From assembly GCA_947177125.1 (NCBI GenBank), contig CAMWTH010000001.1, positions 1-50,001 of the forward strand: a DNA stretch of 50,001 nt, in the 5' to 3' direction. Both the position numbers and the translations under genes were made by a program. This document shows positions 1-14,140 of this stretch, one piece after another. Every line of letters begins with the position of its first letter. Position 1 is the stretch's first letter. This DNA comes from an uncultured Mycoplasma sp. (GTDB lineage Bacteria; Bacillota_I; Bacilli_A; Mycoplasmatales; Mycoplasmoidaceae). Below the pieces are notes generated by a model, which did not search any database, was not told the DNA's origin, and saw nothing but the letters and a program-made list of their open reading frames with translations.

Positions 1-51
1 GTGCCCACATAAATTTTTATATTATGTGTTGCACTTCATATTTCAATCGAG
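1..51 (-). mobile_element. IS30-family left end (terminal inverted repeat); element runs off the left edge of the window
   Basis: gcccacataaatttttatattatgtgttgcacttcatatttcaatcgag is nearly identical to 6897-6945, which lies just upstream of an IS30 transposase N-terminus. Confidence 0.75.
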
Positions 52-52
52 C

Positions 53-85
53 AAAAAACTATGAAAACAACTTCATAGTTTTTTT
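53..85 (-). terminator. Intrinsic terminator downstream of tuf
   Basis: Inverted repeat aaaaaactatgaa / ttcatagtttttt flanked by A/T tracts. Confidence 0.75.
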
Positions 86-110
86 GTTATTTGTAAAATT
101 TATTTAATAA

Positions 111-1295
111 TTATTTAATAACTTTAGTTACTGTACCAGCACCAACTGTTCTTCCACCTTCACGAATAGAAAACTTACTTCCTTCTTCTACTGCAATTGG
201 AGCAATTAGTTTTACTGTAATTTTTGTGTTGTCACCAGGGTTAATCATTTCAACACCTTTATCAAGTGTGATTTCACCAGTAACATCAGTTGTTCTGAAA
301 TAGAATTGTGGTCTATATCCATTTAATACTGGAGTATGTCTTCCACCTTCTTCTTTTTTAAGTGCATAAATTTCTGCTTCAAACTCTTTGTGAGGTTTAA
401 TAGAACCTGGCTTAGCTAATACTTGACCACGTTCAACTTGATTTCTATCAATACCTCTTAATAAAATACCAGCATTGTCACCAGCTTTAACTTCATCCAA
501 TGTTTTTCTAAACATTTCCATACCAGTAACTACTGCTTTTTTAGTATCACGAAGACCTACAATTTCAACTTCATCATTTAATTTTAAAGTCCCTCTTTCA
601 ACTCTACCAGTAACTACAGTACCTCTTCCAGTAATAGTCATAACATCTTCAACAGCTAACAAGAATGGCTTATCAGTATCTCTAGCAGGAGTTGGAATAT
701 AATCATCTACTGCTGCCATTAATTCATCAATCTTAGCTTCTCATTTAGCATCACCTTCTAAAGCTTTTAATGCTGACCCTCTAATAACTGGAGTGTTGTC
801 ACCATCAAAACCATATGATGATAATAATTCTCTAACTTCCATTTCTACAAGATCTTGCATTTCAGCATCATCAACAACATCACATTTGTTTAAAAATACT
901 ACCATTTTAGGAACACCTACTTGTCTTGCTAGTAAGATGTGTTCTCTTGTTTGAGGCATAGGCCCATCTGATGCAGCAACAACTAAAATTGCTCCATCCA
1001 TTTGAGCAGCACCAGTAATCATATTTTTAACATAGTCAGCATGACCAGGACAGTCTACGTGTGCATAGTGTCTTTTATCTGTTTGGTATTCAACATGAGC
1101 TGTGTTAATTGTAATTCCTCTTGCTTTTTCTTCAGGTGCTTTATCAATTTCATCATATTTCATTGCAGTTGCACCACCTTTTTTTGCAAGGTATGTACAA
1201 ATTGCTGCTGTTAAAGTTGTTTTACCATGGTCAATATGTCCAATTGTTCCAATATTAACGTGTGGTTTTGATCTATCAAACTTTTGTTTTGCCAT
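111..1295 (-). CDS. tuf: Elongation factor Tu (394 aa)
   Basis: [21 protein letters not shown] motifs; two ORF pieces joined through TGA(Trp) at 741-743. Confidence 0.99.
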
Positions 1296-1418
1296 ATTTA
1301 ATTCTCCTTAATAATTAGCACTACAGACATATAAAATTATATAATATTTATAATTTTTTTCATTAATATCTTTGTGCATTATTTGTAAATAATATTTTCT
1401 TTTAATCTTTAATAAATT

Positions 1419-3491
1419 TTATTTTTTTGATCTTGAAGAAACAACTTCTTCAATAATTGATTTTGGTGCTTTTTCATAATGACTAAATTGCATTACATAG
1501 TTTCCACGACCTTGTGTAAAAGATCTTAAATCTGTTGCATATCCAAACATTTCTTTTAAAGGTACTTTTGCTTTAATTACTTGAGTATTTGCTCTTTGCT
1601 CTTGTCCTTCAATTTGTCCCCTTCTTGAAGATATGTCTCCCATTGCATCACCAAAATATTGTTCAGGAACTGTTACTTCTACAGCCATAATTGGTTCAAG
1701 CAATACAAGTCCTGCTTTTTGAGCTGCATCTTTTAATGCCATAGAAGCTGCAATTTTATAAGCCATTTCAGATGAGTCAACATCATGATATGAACCATCA
1801 TATAGTGTTGCTTTAATATCAATCATTGGGAAACCACTAAGTGGACCAGATTTCATAGCATCTTCTAAACCGGCTTTAATTGGTTTGATATATTCTTTAG
1901 GAATTTTTCCACCAACAATCTTATCTACAAATTCAAATCCTTTTTCACTGTTTGGTTCAAATTTAATAAACACGTGACCATATTGTCCACGACCACCAGA
2001 TTGTTTAATATATTTTCCTTCAGAATCAGCTTCTTTTGTAAAAGTTTCACGGTATGAAACTTGTGGAGCACCAACATTTACTTCTACTTTAAATTCCCTT
2101 TTTAAACGATCAACAATAATTTCTAAGTGTAACTCACCCATACCCGAAATAATTGTTTGGTTTGTTTCTTCATCAGTATAAGTTCTAAAAGTTGGGTCCT
2201 CTTCCGATAATTTTGAAAGTGCAATAGCCATTTTTTCTTGGTCAGCTTTTGTTTTTGGTTCAACAGCTAAAGAAATAACTGGTTCAGCAAAATTCATTGA
2301 TTCTAAATGAATTTCATTATTTTCTGAACATAAAGTATTCCCTGTTATTGTGTCTTTTAATCCAATTACAGCACAAATGTCTCCTGCACAAATTTCATCA
2401 ATTTCTTCTCTATTATTTGAGTGCATTTTTACTAATCTAGATACTCTTTCTTTAATACCTTTTGTTGCATTCAAAACATATGAGCCTTTTTTTAAAGTTC
2501 CAGAATATACACGGATAAATGTTAACTTTCCAACATATGGATCAGTTGCTATTTTAAAAGCTAAAGCAGCAAATGGACCATTGTCATCATTTTTAATAGT
2601 TACTTCAGTACCATCATCTTTAAATCCTTTAATTGGAGGTACATCAATTGGTGAAGGTAAATAATCTACTACAGCATCTAATAATGCTTTCACTCCCTTA
2701 TTTTTAAAAGAAGTTCCACAAACTACTGGAAAAAATTCAGCAGTCAAAACACCTTGTCTAATACATTTTTTGATATCTTGTTCAGTTAATTCATTACCAT
2801 TTAAATATTTTTCCATGATGCCATCATCAAAATTAACAACTTCTTCAATCATATGATGTCTATATTCTTCAGCTTCTTTTTTCATATCAGCTGGAATATC
2901 AACAACTTTAAAGTCTTCTTCTTGTTTTCCATCATACATATAAGCTTTCATTTTAATTAAATCAATGATTCCATTAAAATTAGCTTCAGAACCAATTGGT
3001 AATTGAACAGCAACAACATGTGCACCTAAACGGTCTTTTAATGAATTTAAACACATTTTAAAATCAGCACCTGTTTTATCCATTTTGTTAACATAAACAA
3101 TTCTTGGAACAGAATACTTTGAAGCCTGTCTTCAAACAGTTTCAGTTTGTGGTTCAACACCATTTTGTGCATCAAGAACTGCAACAGCTCCATCTAAAAC
3201 CCTTAAAGATCTTTCAACCTCAACAGTAAAATCTACGTGACCTGGTGTGTCAATTAGATTTAATTCACAACCATTTCAAGTAACATAAGTTGCAGCAGAA
3301 GTAATAGTGATACCTCTTTCTTTTTCTTGTTCCATTCAGTCCATTGTTGCACCACCATCATGAACTTCACCAATTTTATGAGTTCTTCCTGAGTGATACA
3401 AAATTCTTTCAGATGTAGTAGTTTTACCAGCATCAATATGGGCCATAATCCCAAAATTTCTAAATTTGCTTATATCAATTTTTCTTGCCAT
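1419..3491 (-). CDS. fusA: Elongation factor G (690 aa)
   Basis: [28 protein letters not shown] motifs; N-terminus recovered by TGA read-through. Confidence 0.99.
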
Positions 3492-3507
3492 AATATCTCA
3501 CTAAAAA

Positions 3508-3975
<468 letters not shown>

Positions 3976-3989
3976 TATATTCTCCTAAA

Positions 3990-4412
3990 TTATTCTTTCT
4001 TTTCTTTAGGTTTCTTAGCACCATAACCCGATCTTTGTTGTCTTCTTTTTTCAACACCTGAAGTATCTAAAGTACCTCTAACAATATGATATCTAACACC
4101 TGGAAGATCTTTAACTCTCCCACCTTCAATCAAAACAACACTGTGTTCTTGAAGGTTATGGCCTTCACCTGGTATATATGCTAATACCTCATATCCATTA
4201 GTTAGTTTAACCTTTGCATATTTACGCAATGCTGAATTAGGTTTTTTTGGTGTCATTGTTCCCACTCTTGTACAAACACCCCTTTTATAAGGAGAAGGAT
4301 TATAAGTTCTTTTTTTCTTTAAAGAATTATAAGTATACATTAAAGCAGGAGATTTTGACTTCTTAAATTTAGCTTTACGGTCATTTCTAATAAGTTGTGC
4401 AATAGTAGCCAT
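3990..4412 (-). CDS. rpsL: 30S ribosomal protein S12
   Basis: [23 protein letters not shown] motifs. Confidence 0.99.
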   Translation of the reverse strand: MATIAQLIRNDRKAKFKKSKSPALMYTYNSLKKKRTYNPSPYKRGVCTRVGTMTPKKPNSALRKYAKVKLTNGYEVLAYIPGEGHNLQEHSVVLIEGGRVKDLPGVRYHIVRGTLDTSGVEKRRQQRSGYGAKKPKEKKE

Positions 4413-4517
4413 TCATTTCTCCTTTTTAACAACATATCCGTGTGTATCAAAACACTGAAATATTCTAACATGAAACAAAGATAAATAAAAATTTTTTTAA
4501 ACAACATTTATATTTGT

Positions 4518-4565
4518 TTATAAAAACAAAAAGTGAACAAATTAATGCTCACTTTTTGTTTTATA
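4518..4565 (-). terminator. Intrinsic terminator after PVD-repeat protein 1
   Basis: tataaaaacaaaaagtgaaca / tgctcactttttgttttata inverted repeat. Confidence 0.7.
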
Positions 4566-4581
4566 ACTTAAATCATTTATT

Positions 4582-6366
<1,785 letters not shown>

Positions 6367-6599
6367 CTATTTTTTTAAGAGAGACTAAAATAAGTAATTT
6401 TAATTCTTTAGTCTAATTATCATTTATTATTTTGGAATTTTATTATCACACATTAAAAATTAAAAATCAAGTTTAAGCAAAATTAAAATTTAACTGCTTT
6501 TATAAAAATAAGGATTTTTAATATGAAAAAATGAAACTAAATAATTTATATTATTTTTGTGTTTTAAGGATAATAATACCGTGTTCAAAAGTATCGGAA

Positions 6600-6945
6600 A
6601 AAAATTAATTTACATTGTGCGCTAATTTGTTTTTAAAGAAAAAAATACAATATAGTCGCTTAAGTTGGAGTTTTTTTGAAGTCTAGTTTTTTTAGTTCAC
6701 TAGAAATGTTGATTTGTTTCTGTTCAAATCTTTAGCTATTTGTGAAATAGATTCATTTTTAATATAAAAAGAAAAATAAATAATTATTCTTTCATTTTCT
6801 GATAAATGCTTATATAACATAATTGGGTCCTTTCGAGTTGTGTTATATGTGGGGACCTTTTTTTATTCTCCAAAAAAAGAAAAATTAAAAAGAAGCGCCC
6901 ACATAAATTTTTATATTATGTATTGCACTTCATATTTCAATCGAG
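6600..6945 (-). mobile_element. Truncated IS30-family element: left IR plus frameshifted transposase N-terminus (ATG at 6820)
   Basis: MLYKHLSENERIII...SISQIAKDLNRNKST then a frameshift to ISSELK, matching the IS30 N-terminal HTH; RBS aaagga; IR ctcgattgaaatatgaagtgcaa. Left boundary approximate. Confidence 0.8.
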
Positions 6946-6950
6946 TGTTA

Positions 6951-8585
6951 TTAACCTATTGTAAATAAAAACCCATCAATTGTTTTAGTAACAGAAGGAT
7001 TAGCTTTTGAAACAAATTTAATTGTATATTGTCAAGTTCAGTGTCAATTACCACCAGGGGCTCTTGTTCTAACATCACTAATTTCAATATTATAATTTGG
7101 AAAACAATTTACTAAATCACCTTTTACAATATCTGCAATAACTTTTTTATTTTCTTCTAATGTTGGTTTAGTTAAGTTATTTCCAACAACCATTAAACCA
7201 TTTGTTACTCAGTAATTTGAAGGCAAATCATCAGTTCTTGCTTCATCATTATATTTTTTAAGATTTGATACATAGAAAGTGTTGCCAATTAAACCACTTT
7301 GACCTACATCTGGTTTACTAGAAACAAAAAGTCTTAAGTGAATGTATCTAGCATCCTGTTTACCATCAGATCAAACATTTCCTTCTACTGGTTTAACAGG
7401 AACAGAATAATTTAACAATATACCACCATTGATACGTTGTACATATCCTCATTTCACGCTATTAAAATCACCAGCTAATTCAACAGGATAGTATTTAGCA
7501 AGATCTCTCCATCCTTCTTCATACATGACATTTTGATAAAAGTTTCTTAATTCATCAAAACGCTTAGGATTAACTGATCATCAATAATAATCAAATTCTG
7601 GATCTAAAAATCATCCTAAACAGAATCAATCAAAATTATTTATATTTAAATGGGTAAATTTAAATTCTGAGTTCACAACTCAATTAATTGCCCAACTTGA
7701 TGGAAGAGTCACAGATTTATTAGAAAAAGTTAGGTCTGTAATTGAAACATCTAACATAAAAGAATCAGTAATAGTGTCATTATAGAAAGCGCTATTAGCT
7801 CAAGAGTGGTTAATTTTAGGAGTAGCTTTCATTTTAAATGTTTTTTGTTTTATATCTGCAGAATTTTCAACATATGATAAGTCTACATTTTTATATTCAT
7901 AATCTGAATTAATAGTTGAAAAATCAGTTAATTTATAAGTTTTAAAATAATTGATAAATCATTTATTTAAATCTTCATTTGTACTATTTGTTTTAATAGT
8001 TGAATCAAAAATAGTAAAGTTAAAAGCACTGTTTCTTGGTTTTATTGGAACTGTAGCATCTGGAGTTGATACATTTTTATCCATTCTTACTTTTATTATT
8101 TTTTGTGCTTTGTCATTAGTATTTTCTCAAATTGCCTTTTCTGTTGGAATAGCACTAATTTCAAAAGTTTTTTTAGTGTAATCTATTGAATTTGGAACAT
8201 AAGAAATTTTTACATTAGTATATTTACCTGAATTTTCAAAATTGTTATGAAAATAATAATAATCATTAATAATGTTAGTTTGAGATATATTAGTTAAATA
8301 GTTATTTAAATATGTATTATTAAGTGAAGATGCTGCAATTTGAAGAGTAAAAGTATCCTCATCTGGAGCTGTTGCATATGTTGGTGTTGGTGTTGGATCA
8401 ACAGGGTCAACAGGGTCAACAGGGTCAACAGGGTCAACAGGGTCAATGGGATCAACAGGGTCTGTTGGAACATCAACAACAGATGATTGTGTGCTAGTAA
8501 CAGATGCAATTGTTGGAGCAACACCAGCAACAACAGCAGCAGTACCAATACTTGCAGTTATTAAAATTTTCTTCTTTGTAATCAT
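6951..8585 (-). CDS. Putative surface/secreted protein with (PVD)n linker, paralogue 2 (~544 aa)
   Basis: Open in code 4 to TAA at 6951; RBS aaggag; near-identical signal region and [14 protein letters not shown] to paralogue 1. Confidence 0.85.
8395..8463 (-). repeat. 9-bp coding tandem repeat, ~7 PVD units
   Basis: Repeated acagggtca. Confidence 0.9.
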
Positions 8586-8953
8586 AATTTTCTCCTTTTA
8601 TAGAAAACATAAACAAATTCTATACTTGCTTATTTTTTCTGACATTATTTTTAATCAATATTAAGTTAAAGTTTATTGTTGTAAAAAATTAATTTAACCA
8701 TAAGGTAAAAAAGTTAAAATATTATAAATTGTTAATTTTTAAAAAAATAAAGTTTGTTAATTTTTAAAAAACTTTTTACACAAAGTTTTTAACATAATAT
8801 TACAAAGTATCAGTATATTTGATAGCACAAAAAACTAACTTTTTTGTATTTTTTTGAATTTATAAAACTTTAAAATCTTTTTATAAAATAATTTTTAACA
8901 TTATTAATTATTATTGTTATTATTAACTAAAAATAATTTTAAAAACTAAATTT

Positions 8954-9409
8954 ATGAAAAAAAGAAAAGAAGAAATAAAAAAAGAACTCGATTCTCTTAA
9001 AAAGAAAAATCAATATCTAAAATGATCTACTTTTAAAAGTGATGATTTTTATCACTTAAATCAAAATAAGGCTGAAAAAATTTTAAAAAACCCAAAATAT
9101 TTTAATGAAGAATTAAAAATATTAGATTTATCAAAAACTAAATATCAAGTTATTGATGAATTTGTTTTTCATTCAACAAACATCAAAGAAATAAAATTAC
9201 CAAAATCACTTATTATAATTGCTAAATATTCTTTTGCTAACAATGATATTGAAGTTCTTGATTTATCAGAAAACAAAAACTTAGAAATAGTTGAAGACTA
9301 CAGTTTTATGCATAATAATATAAAAACTTTTAAAAAAGCTCCAAACATTTTTTTATATACAAAGAAATGTCTAGCTTATAATCCCATTAGCATTTCTTTT
9401 AAAAATTAA
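8954..9409 (+). CDS. Small BspA-type leucine-rich repeat protein (151 aa)
   Basis: Not in the ORF track (early TGA). LKILDLSKTKYQVIDEFVF, IKEIKLPKSLIIIAKYSF, IEVLDLSENKNLEIVEDYSF fit the BspA/TpLRR repeat pattern. Confidence 0.8.
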
Positions 9410-9444
9410 AACCCTCATTATTTCTAATAACAAGGGTTTTAATT
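9404..9444. terminator. Bidirectional terminator between the convergent LRR gene and rplA
   Basis: aattaaaaccct / agggttttaatt inverted repeat. Confidence 0.7.
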
Positions 9445-9456
9445 TAAAATAGATTA

Positions 9457-10503
9457 TTATTTTTTTGTTTTTTTTGCAGGTTTAGATTTTGATTTAGAAG
9501 ATGCTGATTTTGATTTAGATAGTAGTTTCTTATTTTTCCCAGTAAGTTTTTTATTTTCTTTACTAATAACTGGTTTATTAGTAACAGTTTTTTTAGGTTT
9601 TGCTTTCTTAACTATTTTCTTTTTTTCTCTTTTCTTTTTAATATCTAAAATAACTGGAGGATTTTCAGGATTCTTTGATGCTTTTTTCTTTTGCAAGTAC
9701 TTAACCATTGGTTTTAAATAAACTTTTTTGGATTCTTCTGTAACAGTTTTTTTTGAATCTTTGTTCACTTTTTTAGAAACTGATTTCTTTACAGAACTTT
9801 TATTAATTAAAACTTTAATTCCTGGTCCCATAGTTGAAGAGATATTTATTTTTTCCATAAAAATACCTTTTACAGCAGCAGGTTTTTTTGAATTAAGAAA
9901 ACTAATTAAAAATTCTATGTTTTCTACAATTTTTTTAGTATCAGCACTTGCTTTTCCAACAACCATGTGAATGTTTCCATAATTATCAGTTCTATACTGA
10001 CTAATTCCTTTTTTAAACTCAGATATTGTTTTTGGTAAATCAGTAGTTACATTACCATTCTTAGGATTTGGCATTAACCCTCTAGTACCCAATATTTTAC
10101 CTAATTTACTAAGTTCAGGCATCATTTTGGGAGTAGTAATAATTAAATCAAAATCTAATCATCCTTTGCTAATCTCAGCAATAGTTTCAGAGTCACCTGC
10201 ATGTGCTACACCTAAATTTTTAGCATCCTTTTGAGTTAGTCCTTTATCTAAAACTAAAATTCTTTTTTCTTTTCCAAAAAAATAAGGAAGACTAACTGTT
10301 CCTCTTAGTTGTTGGTCAGATTTAGTTGTATCTAAATTTAATTTAATTGCTATATCTATTGAAGATAAAAATTTAGTTTTTGAAGATTTTTTTGCTAATT
10401 CAACTGCTTCTTCAATTGAGTAAAACTTTGTTTTGTCAAAATCAAAAGTTGCCTTTTTAGATGCTAAAGGTTTTGTTTTTGTTTTATTTTTTTCAGTTTT
10501 CAT
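9457..10503 (-). CDS. rplA: 50S ribosomal protein L1 with long Lys-rich C-terminal tail (348 aa)
   Basis: LGKILGTRGLMPNPK, STMGPG; pieces joined through TGA at 10159. Confidence 0.97.
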
Positions 10504-10505
10504 AA

Positions 10506-10967
10506 TTATTTTTTACCTTTCTCATCTTTATGCACAACAGGGTCTACACCTTCAATTTTAATACCCATTTGTTTAGCAGAACCTGCAACCATTCTTAATA
10601 CAGCTTCTTCATCATTAGCATTAGTATCTACTAATTTTAATTTGGCTATTTCTAAAGCTTTTTCTCTACTAATAGTAGCAACTGTTTCTGTTTTTGAATT
10701 TTTTGCACCAGATTTAATATTTGCTGCTTTTTTAAGCAACATTGTTACTGGTGTAGTTTTAATTTCAAAATTAAAAGATTTATCTTTATAAGCAGTGATA
10801 ATACATGGAATAATTTCACCATTCTTATCTTTAGTTTTTTCATTAAATTGCTTAGTAAATTCACCCATATTTATACCAATAGATGCTAATTGAGGTCCTG
10901 GTTTTGCTTGACCACCAACTAAATTTACTTTAGCAATTCTTGTAATTTTTGGATCTTTAAAAGCCAC
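10506..10967 (-). CDS. rplK: 50S ribosomal protein L11
   Basis: [26 protein letters not shown] at 10967 chosen from RBS (aaagga) spacing. Confidence 0.96.
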   Translation of the reverse strand: MAFKDPKITRIAKVNLVGGQAKPGPQLASIGINMGEFTKQFNEKTKDKNGEIIPCIITAYKDKSFNFEIKTTPVTMLLKKAANIKSGAKNSKTETVATISREKALEIAKLKLVDTNANDEEAVLRMVAGSAKQMGIKIEGVDPVVHKDEKGKK

Positions 10968-10999
10968 AAGCAACACATCCTTTCTTAAATATATTCTCT

Positions 11000-11030
11000 A
11001 CGTGGTTAATAACGGAAATTCCTCCCACAT
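11000..11030 (-). promoter_or_regulatory. Putative L1-binding leader element (autoregulation of rplK-rplA)
   Basis: Minus strand gtgggaggaatttccgttattaaccac: GUGG/CCAC stem with internal GGAG, as in Firmicute rplK leaders. Confidence 0.6.
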
Positions 11031-11130
11031 GCTTTAATTTACGTACACCAAAAAATATACGCTCCAACTATTATATAATATTTTACTAAAATAAAACTTA
11101 GTTTTTTACTAGCTGCTTTTTGCATCATAC

Positions 11131-11724
11131 TTATTCAAACTTTTCTATTCCAAACTCTATAATTATTTTTTTTCTATAATAATCTCAACAACCCCTAATC
11201 TTGTGATATGACATATTTAACATCTTACTCATTGATTCATAAGTGTAACCTTCCTTTTTTAATTTATAAATTTTTTGAAAAAGAACTGATTCACTTTTTT
11301 GTACACCATATTCAAATTCTTCAATAATATTAAAAATTTTGTTATAGCAAATTAGATCTGTACTTTCTTTTGAATATTCTCCATTTGCAACTAAAAAATT
11401 CATAGGATTTTTTGATTTTTCTAATTTTCTAATTTCATTTCTAAAAAAATTATATACAGAATAATAAAGTCATGGAATCACATCATTTTTATGAAACCGG
11501 TAATTTTCAATTAATTCTCAAAATTTAAGATAACCCATTTGTATTAAATCTTCAGATTCTACAAATATAAATTTTTTTGTAATTAATTTAATTGCAGTTT
11601 TTGAAATTAAATTAAAATAAAGATCATTTAAAACATTTTTCAAAAACAATGTTTTATAAAATCTGTATAAATAAATACATTCGTTTCAGTTAATTAATCC
11701 ATCTTTATAAATTTTTTTTAACAT
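11131..11724 (-). CDS. Alternative sigma-70-family factor, SigH-like (197 aa)
   Basis: Region-2-like ESEDLIQMGYLKFWELIENY...WLYYSVYNFFRNEIRK; C-terminal HTH GYTYESMSKMLNMSYHKIR; position after cysS-rlmB matches Firmicute sigH. Confidence 0.7.
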
Positions 11725-11726
11725 GT

Positions 11727-12443
11727 TTACAATATAAATTGCAAATAATAAATAGCAATAGCACAAGAAGAAGCCACATTTAAGGATTGAACATCATCAG
11801 ACATTTCAATTTGAACTAAAAAATCTGATTCTTTTTTAATAAGTGATGAAATTCCTCTATTTTCGTTTCCTAATATTAAAACTAAATTTTTAACATCTGT
11901 TTTGAATTCTGATAGTTTTATTGCTTTTTTATCTAATGCAGTAGAAACTGTTCAAAAACCCTCTTTTTTTAATTTATTAAGTGTTTCAAACAAATTAGTT
12001 GCTTTATAAAAATTTAAATAATTTGCTGCTCCTAAACTCGTTTTTAAAACTATATCAGAAATCTGAATTTGATTATTTTTTTTAAAAATTACACCTGCAA
12101 CATCAAAAGCTTTGCAAGTTCTGCAAATTGCTCCAAAATTACCTGGATCTTGAATTTCATCCAATACTAAAATTATTTTTTTTGATTTTTTATTGGCATT
12201 GACTCTTTCAATAAACTCATCAAAATTTGTAGTTATTCCAAAAGGATCAGAATTTGAAATACCCATAACATATTGATGATTTATATCATAATCATTAAAA
12301 AAACTTTTTTCTACTTTATGTAAAATAATGTTTTTCTGCCTAAGTAAAAAAATTTCATCAAAATATGAAACATAATAAATTTCTTTTAAATCATTTTTAT
12401 AAAAAGCATCTAAAACTGCTTTTTTGCCAAAAAACTTTCTCAT
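11727..12443 (-). CDS. rlmB: 23S rRNA Gm2251 methyltransferase, SpoU family (238 aa)
   Basis: LDEIQDPGNFGAICR, LGNENRG, SLNVA SPOUT motifs; follows cysS. Confidence 0.9.
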
Positions 12444-12458
12444 AATACATTACCAAAA

Positions 12459-13775
12459 TTACAATATTTTTTTTATTATTAATTTTTCCCTAATTTCGTC
12501 TGATTTTCTAAATTCTTTTTTGTTTTTTAAATCATTCCATTCTTTTAACATAGCTATTTCTTGATTATTGTGGATATTGATGTAAGATATTCCTAATATA
12601 TTTTCTAATAAATAAGAAATGTTAAAAAATAATTCATTTAATTCATTATATTTTTTTTGCTTAAGTAGAGTGTGACCGCTCTTTATTTTTTGTAAAATAA
12701 AAGAAATTTGATTTGGAAAATTAAATGAATTTTCTAGTTCAAAAATGTATTCTTTTTTAAAATTCAGTAAATCTTTAAATTTGTTTTCAATAATTAAATA
12801 ACTTTTAAAAATATTTAAACTATGGATTATTGATTCAAGTTCATTTTTAGAATTATTTAAATTTTCAGTAGTGAAATTTAAGGGATTTGAAAAATTTGTT
12901 TGATAAAAAAATCACCTAATTGTATTGGCAGACTCAGTTTTTAAAAGGTCTTTTGCTAGAATAAAATTATGAAGTGATTTTGACATTTTCTCATCATTAA
13001 TATTTAAATGTCCTACATGCATTCAAATTTTTGCTAAAGGTTTCCCAACAACTGCAATATTTTGGATATTTTCATTTTCATGGTGAGGAAATTTTAAATC
13101 AACACCACCACCATGAATATCGGTCTGTGTACCTAAATATTTGTTTATCAAGCAAGCACATTCAGTATGTCATCCAGGTCTTCCTTTGGAAAATTGTGTT
13201 TGCCAATTTAAACCTATATCAGTTTTTTTTCACAAAACAAAGTCTTGACTATTGTTTTTATTTGAATTAAATTGTGATTTTTCTCCAATTAAAAGATCAT
13301 CAATTTTCTTGTTAGAAATTATTCCATATTGGGTGGATTTTAATGTATTAAAATAAACATCACCATTTTTGAAATATCCAAAATTATTTTCCATTATTTT
13401 TTTAATATAATTTTCTATATCACTTATATGATTAGAAACTTTGGGGAACAACATATTTTTTTTGTATATATTTAAAATATCTAAAATTTCTAAATATTTT
13501 TTTTCGTAAAATTCTGCTATTTCAAATTCTTTTTTTTGTTCCTGCAAAGCTTTGTTAATAATTTTGTCATCAATATCAGTTATATTGTGAATAAAAATAA
13601 CTTTATATCCCAATTCAATCAATAATCGATTTAAAACATCAAAAGTAATTATTGGTCTTAAATTACCAATGTGAACATGGTTGTAAACTGTGGGACCACA
13701 AACATACATTTTTACTATTTTATTTGCAGAACTCACTTCAATGTTTTGTTGAGATATATAATCATAAAGTTTCAT
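12459..13775 (-). CDS. cysS: Cysteinyl-tRNA synthetase (438 aa)
   Basis: [41 protein letters not shown]. Confidence 0.98.
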
Positions 13776-13814
13776 GTTAATAAATAAATTTAATTACACT
13801 AATTATATTAATCT

Positions 13815-13958
13815 TTATTTATTTTTTAGAGAAGAAATTAATTTGTTTAGTTTGTTGTCAAAAATTTCTTCAAAATAATTCTTTGAATCTATTAATTTGT
13901 TTATTTCTTTTAAACTTATATTTGAAATTAAATAATTAATTTTTTCTTTATCACTCAT
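13815..13958 (-). CDS. Possible small protein (47 aa)
   Basis: MSDKEKINYLISNISLKEINKLIDSKNYFEEIFDNKLNKLISSLKNK with RBS-like aagga about 9 nt upstream; no recognisable motif. Confidence 0.45.
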   Translation of the reverse strand: MSDKEKINYLISNISLKEINKLIDSKNYFEEIFDNKLNKLISSLKNK

Positions 13959-14098
13959 TTGAATTTGTTCCTTATTTTTTTGTTAAAAATTAAATGAATT
14001 TCTAACTTATAAAAAATTATAAAAAATTTTTGGTTGCTGTAATTTTCATATTTAAATTAAAATTCATTCAAAAAACTTTCCAAAAACTTTAAAAATTA

Positions 14099-14140
14099 AA
14101 TAAAAAACAACTCTTATTTTTATAAAAGTTGTTTTTTATT
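14099..14140 (-). terminator. Intrinsic terminator closing the surface-protein/pseudoenzyme operon
   Basis: aataaaaaacaact / agttgttttttatt immediately after the TPI-like stop codon. Confidence 0.75.

Noticed and set aside
6382..6415. Short inverted repeat agactaaaa/ttttagtct upstream of PVD paralogue 1
   Set aside because: Only 9 bp in very AT-rich DNA and not seen upstream of paralogue 2; insufficient support.
6808..6858. Riboswitch candidate
   Set aside because: Matches no aptamer I recognise and overlaps an IS30 transposase RBS/start; reported as an IS structure instead.
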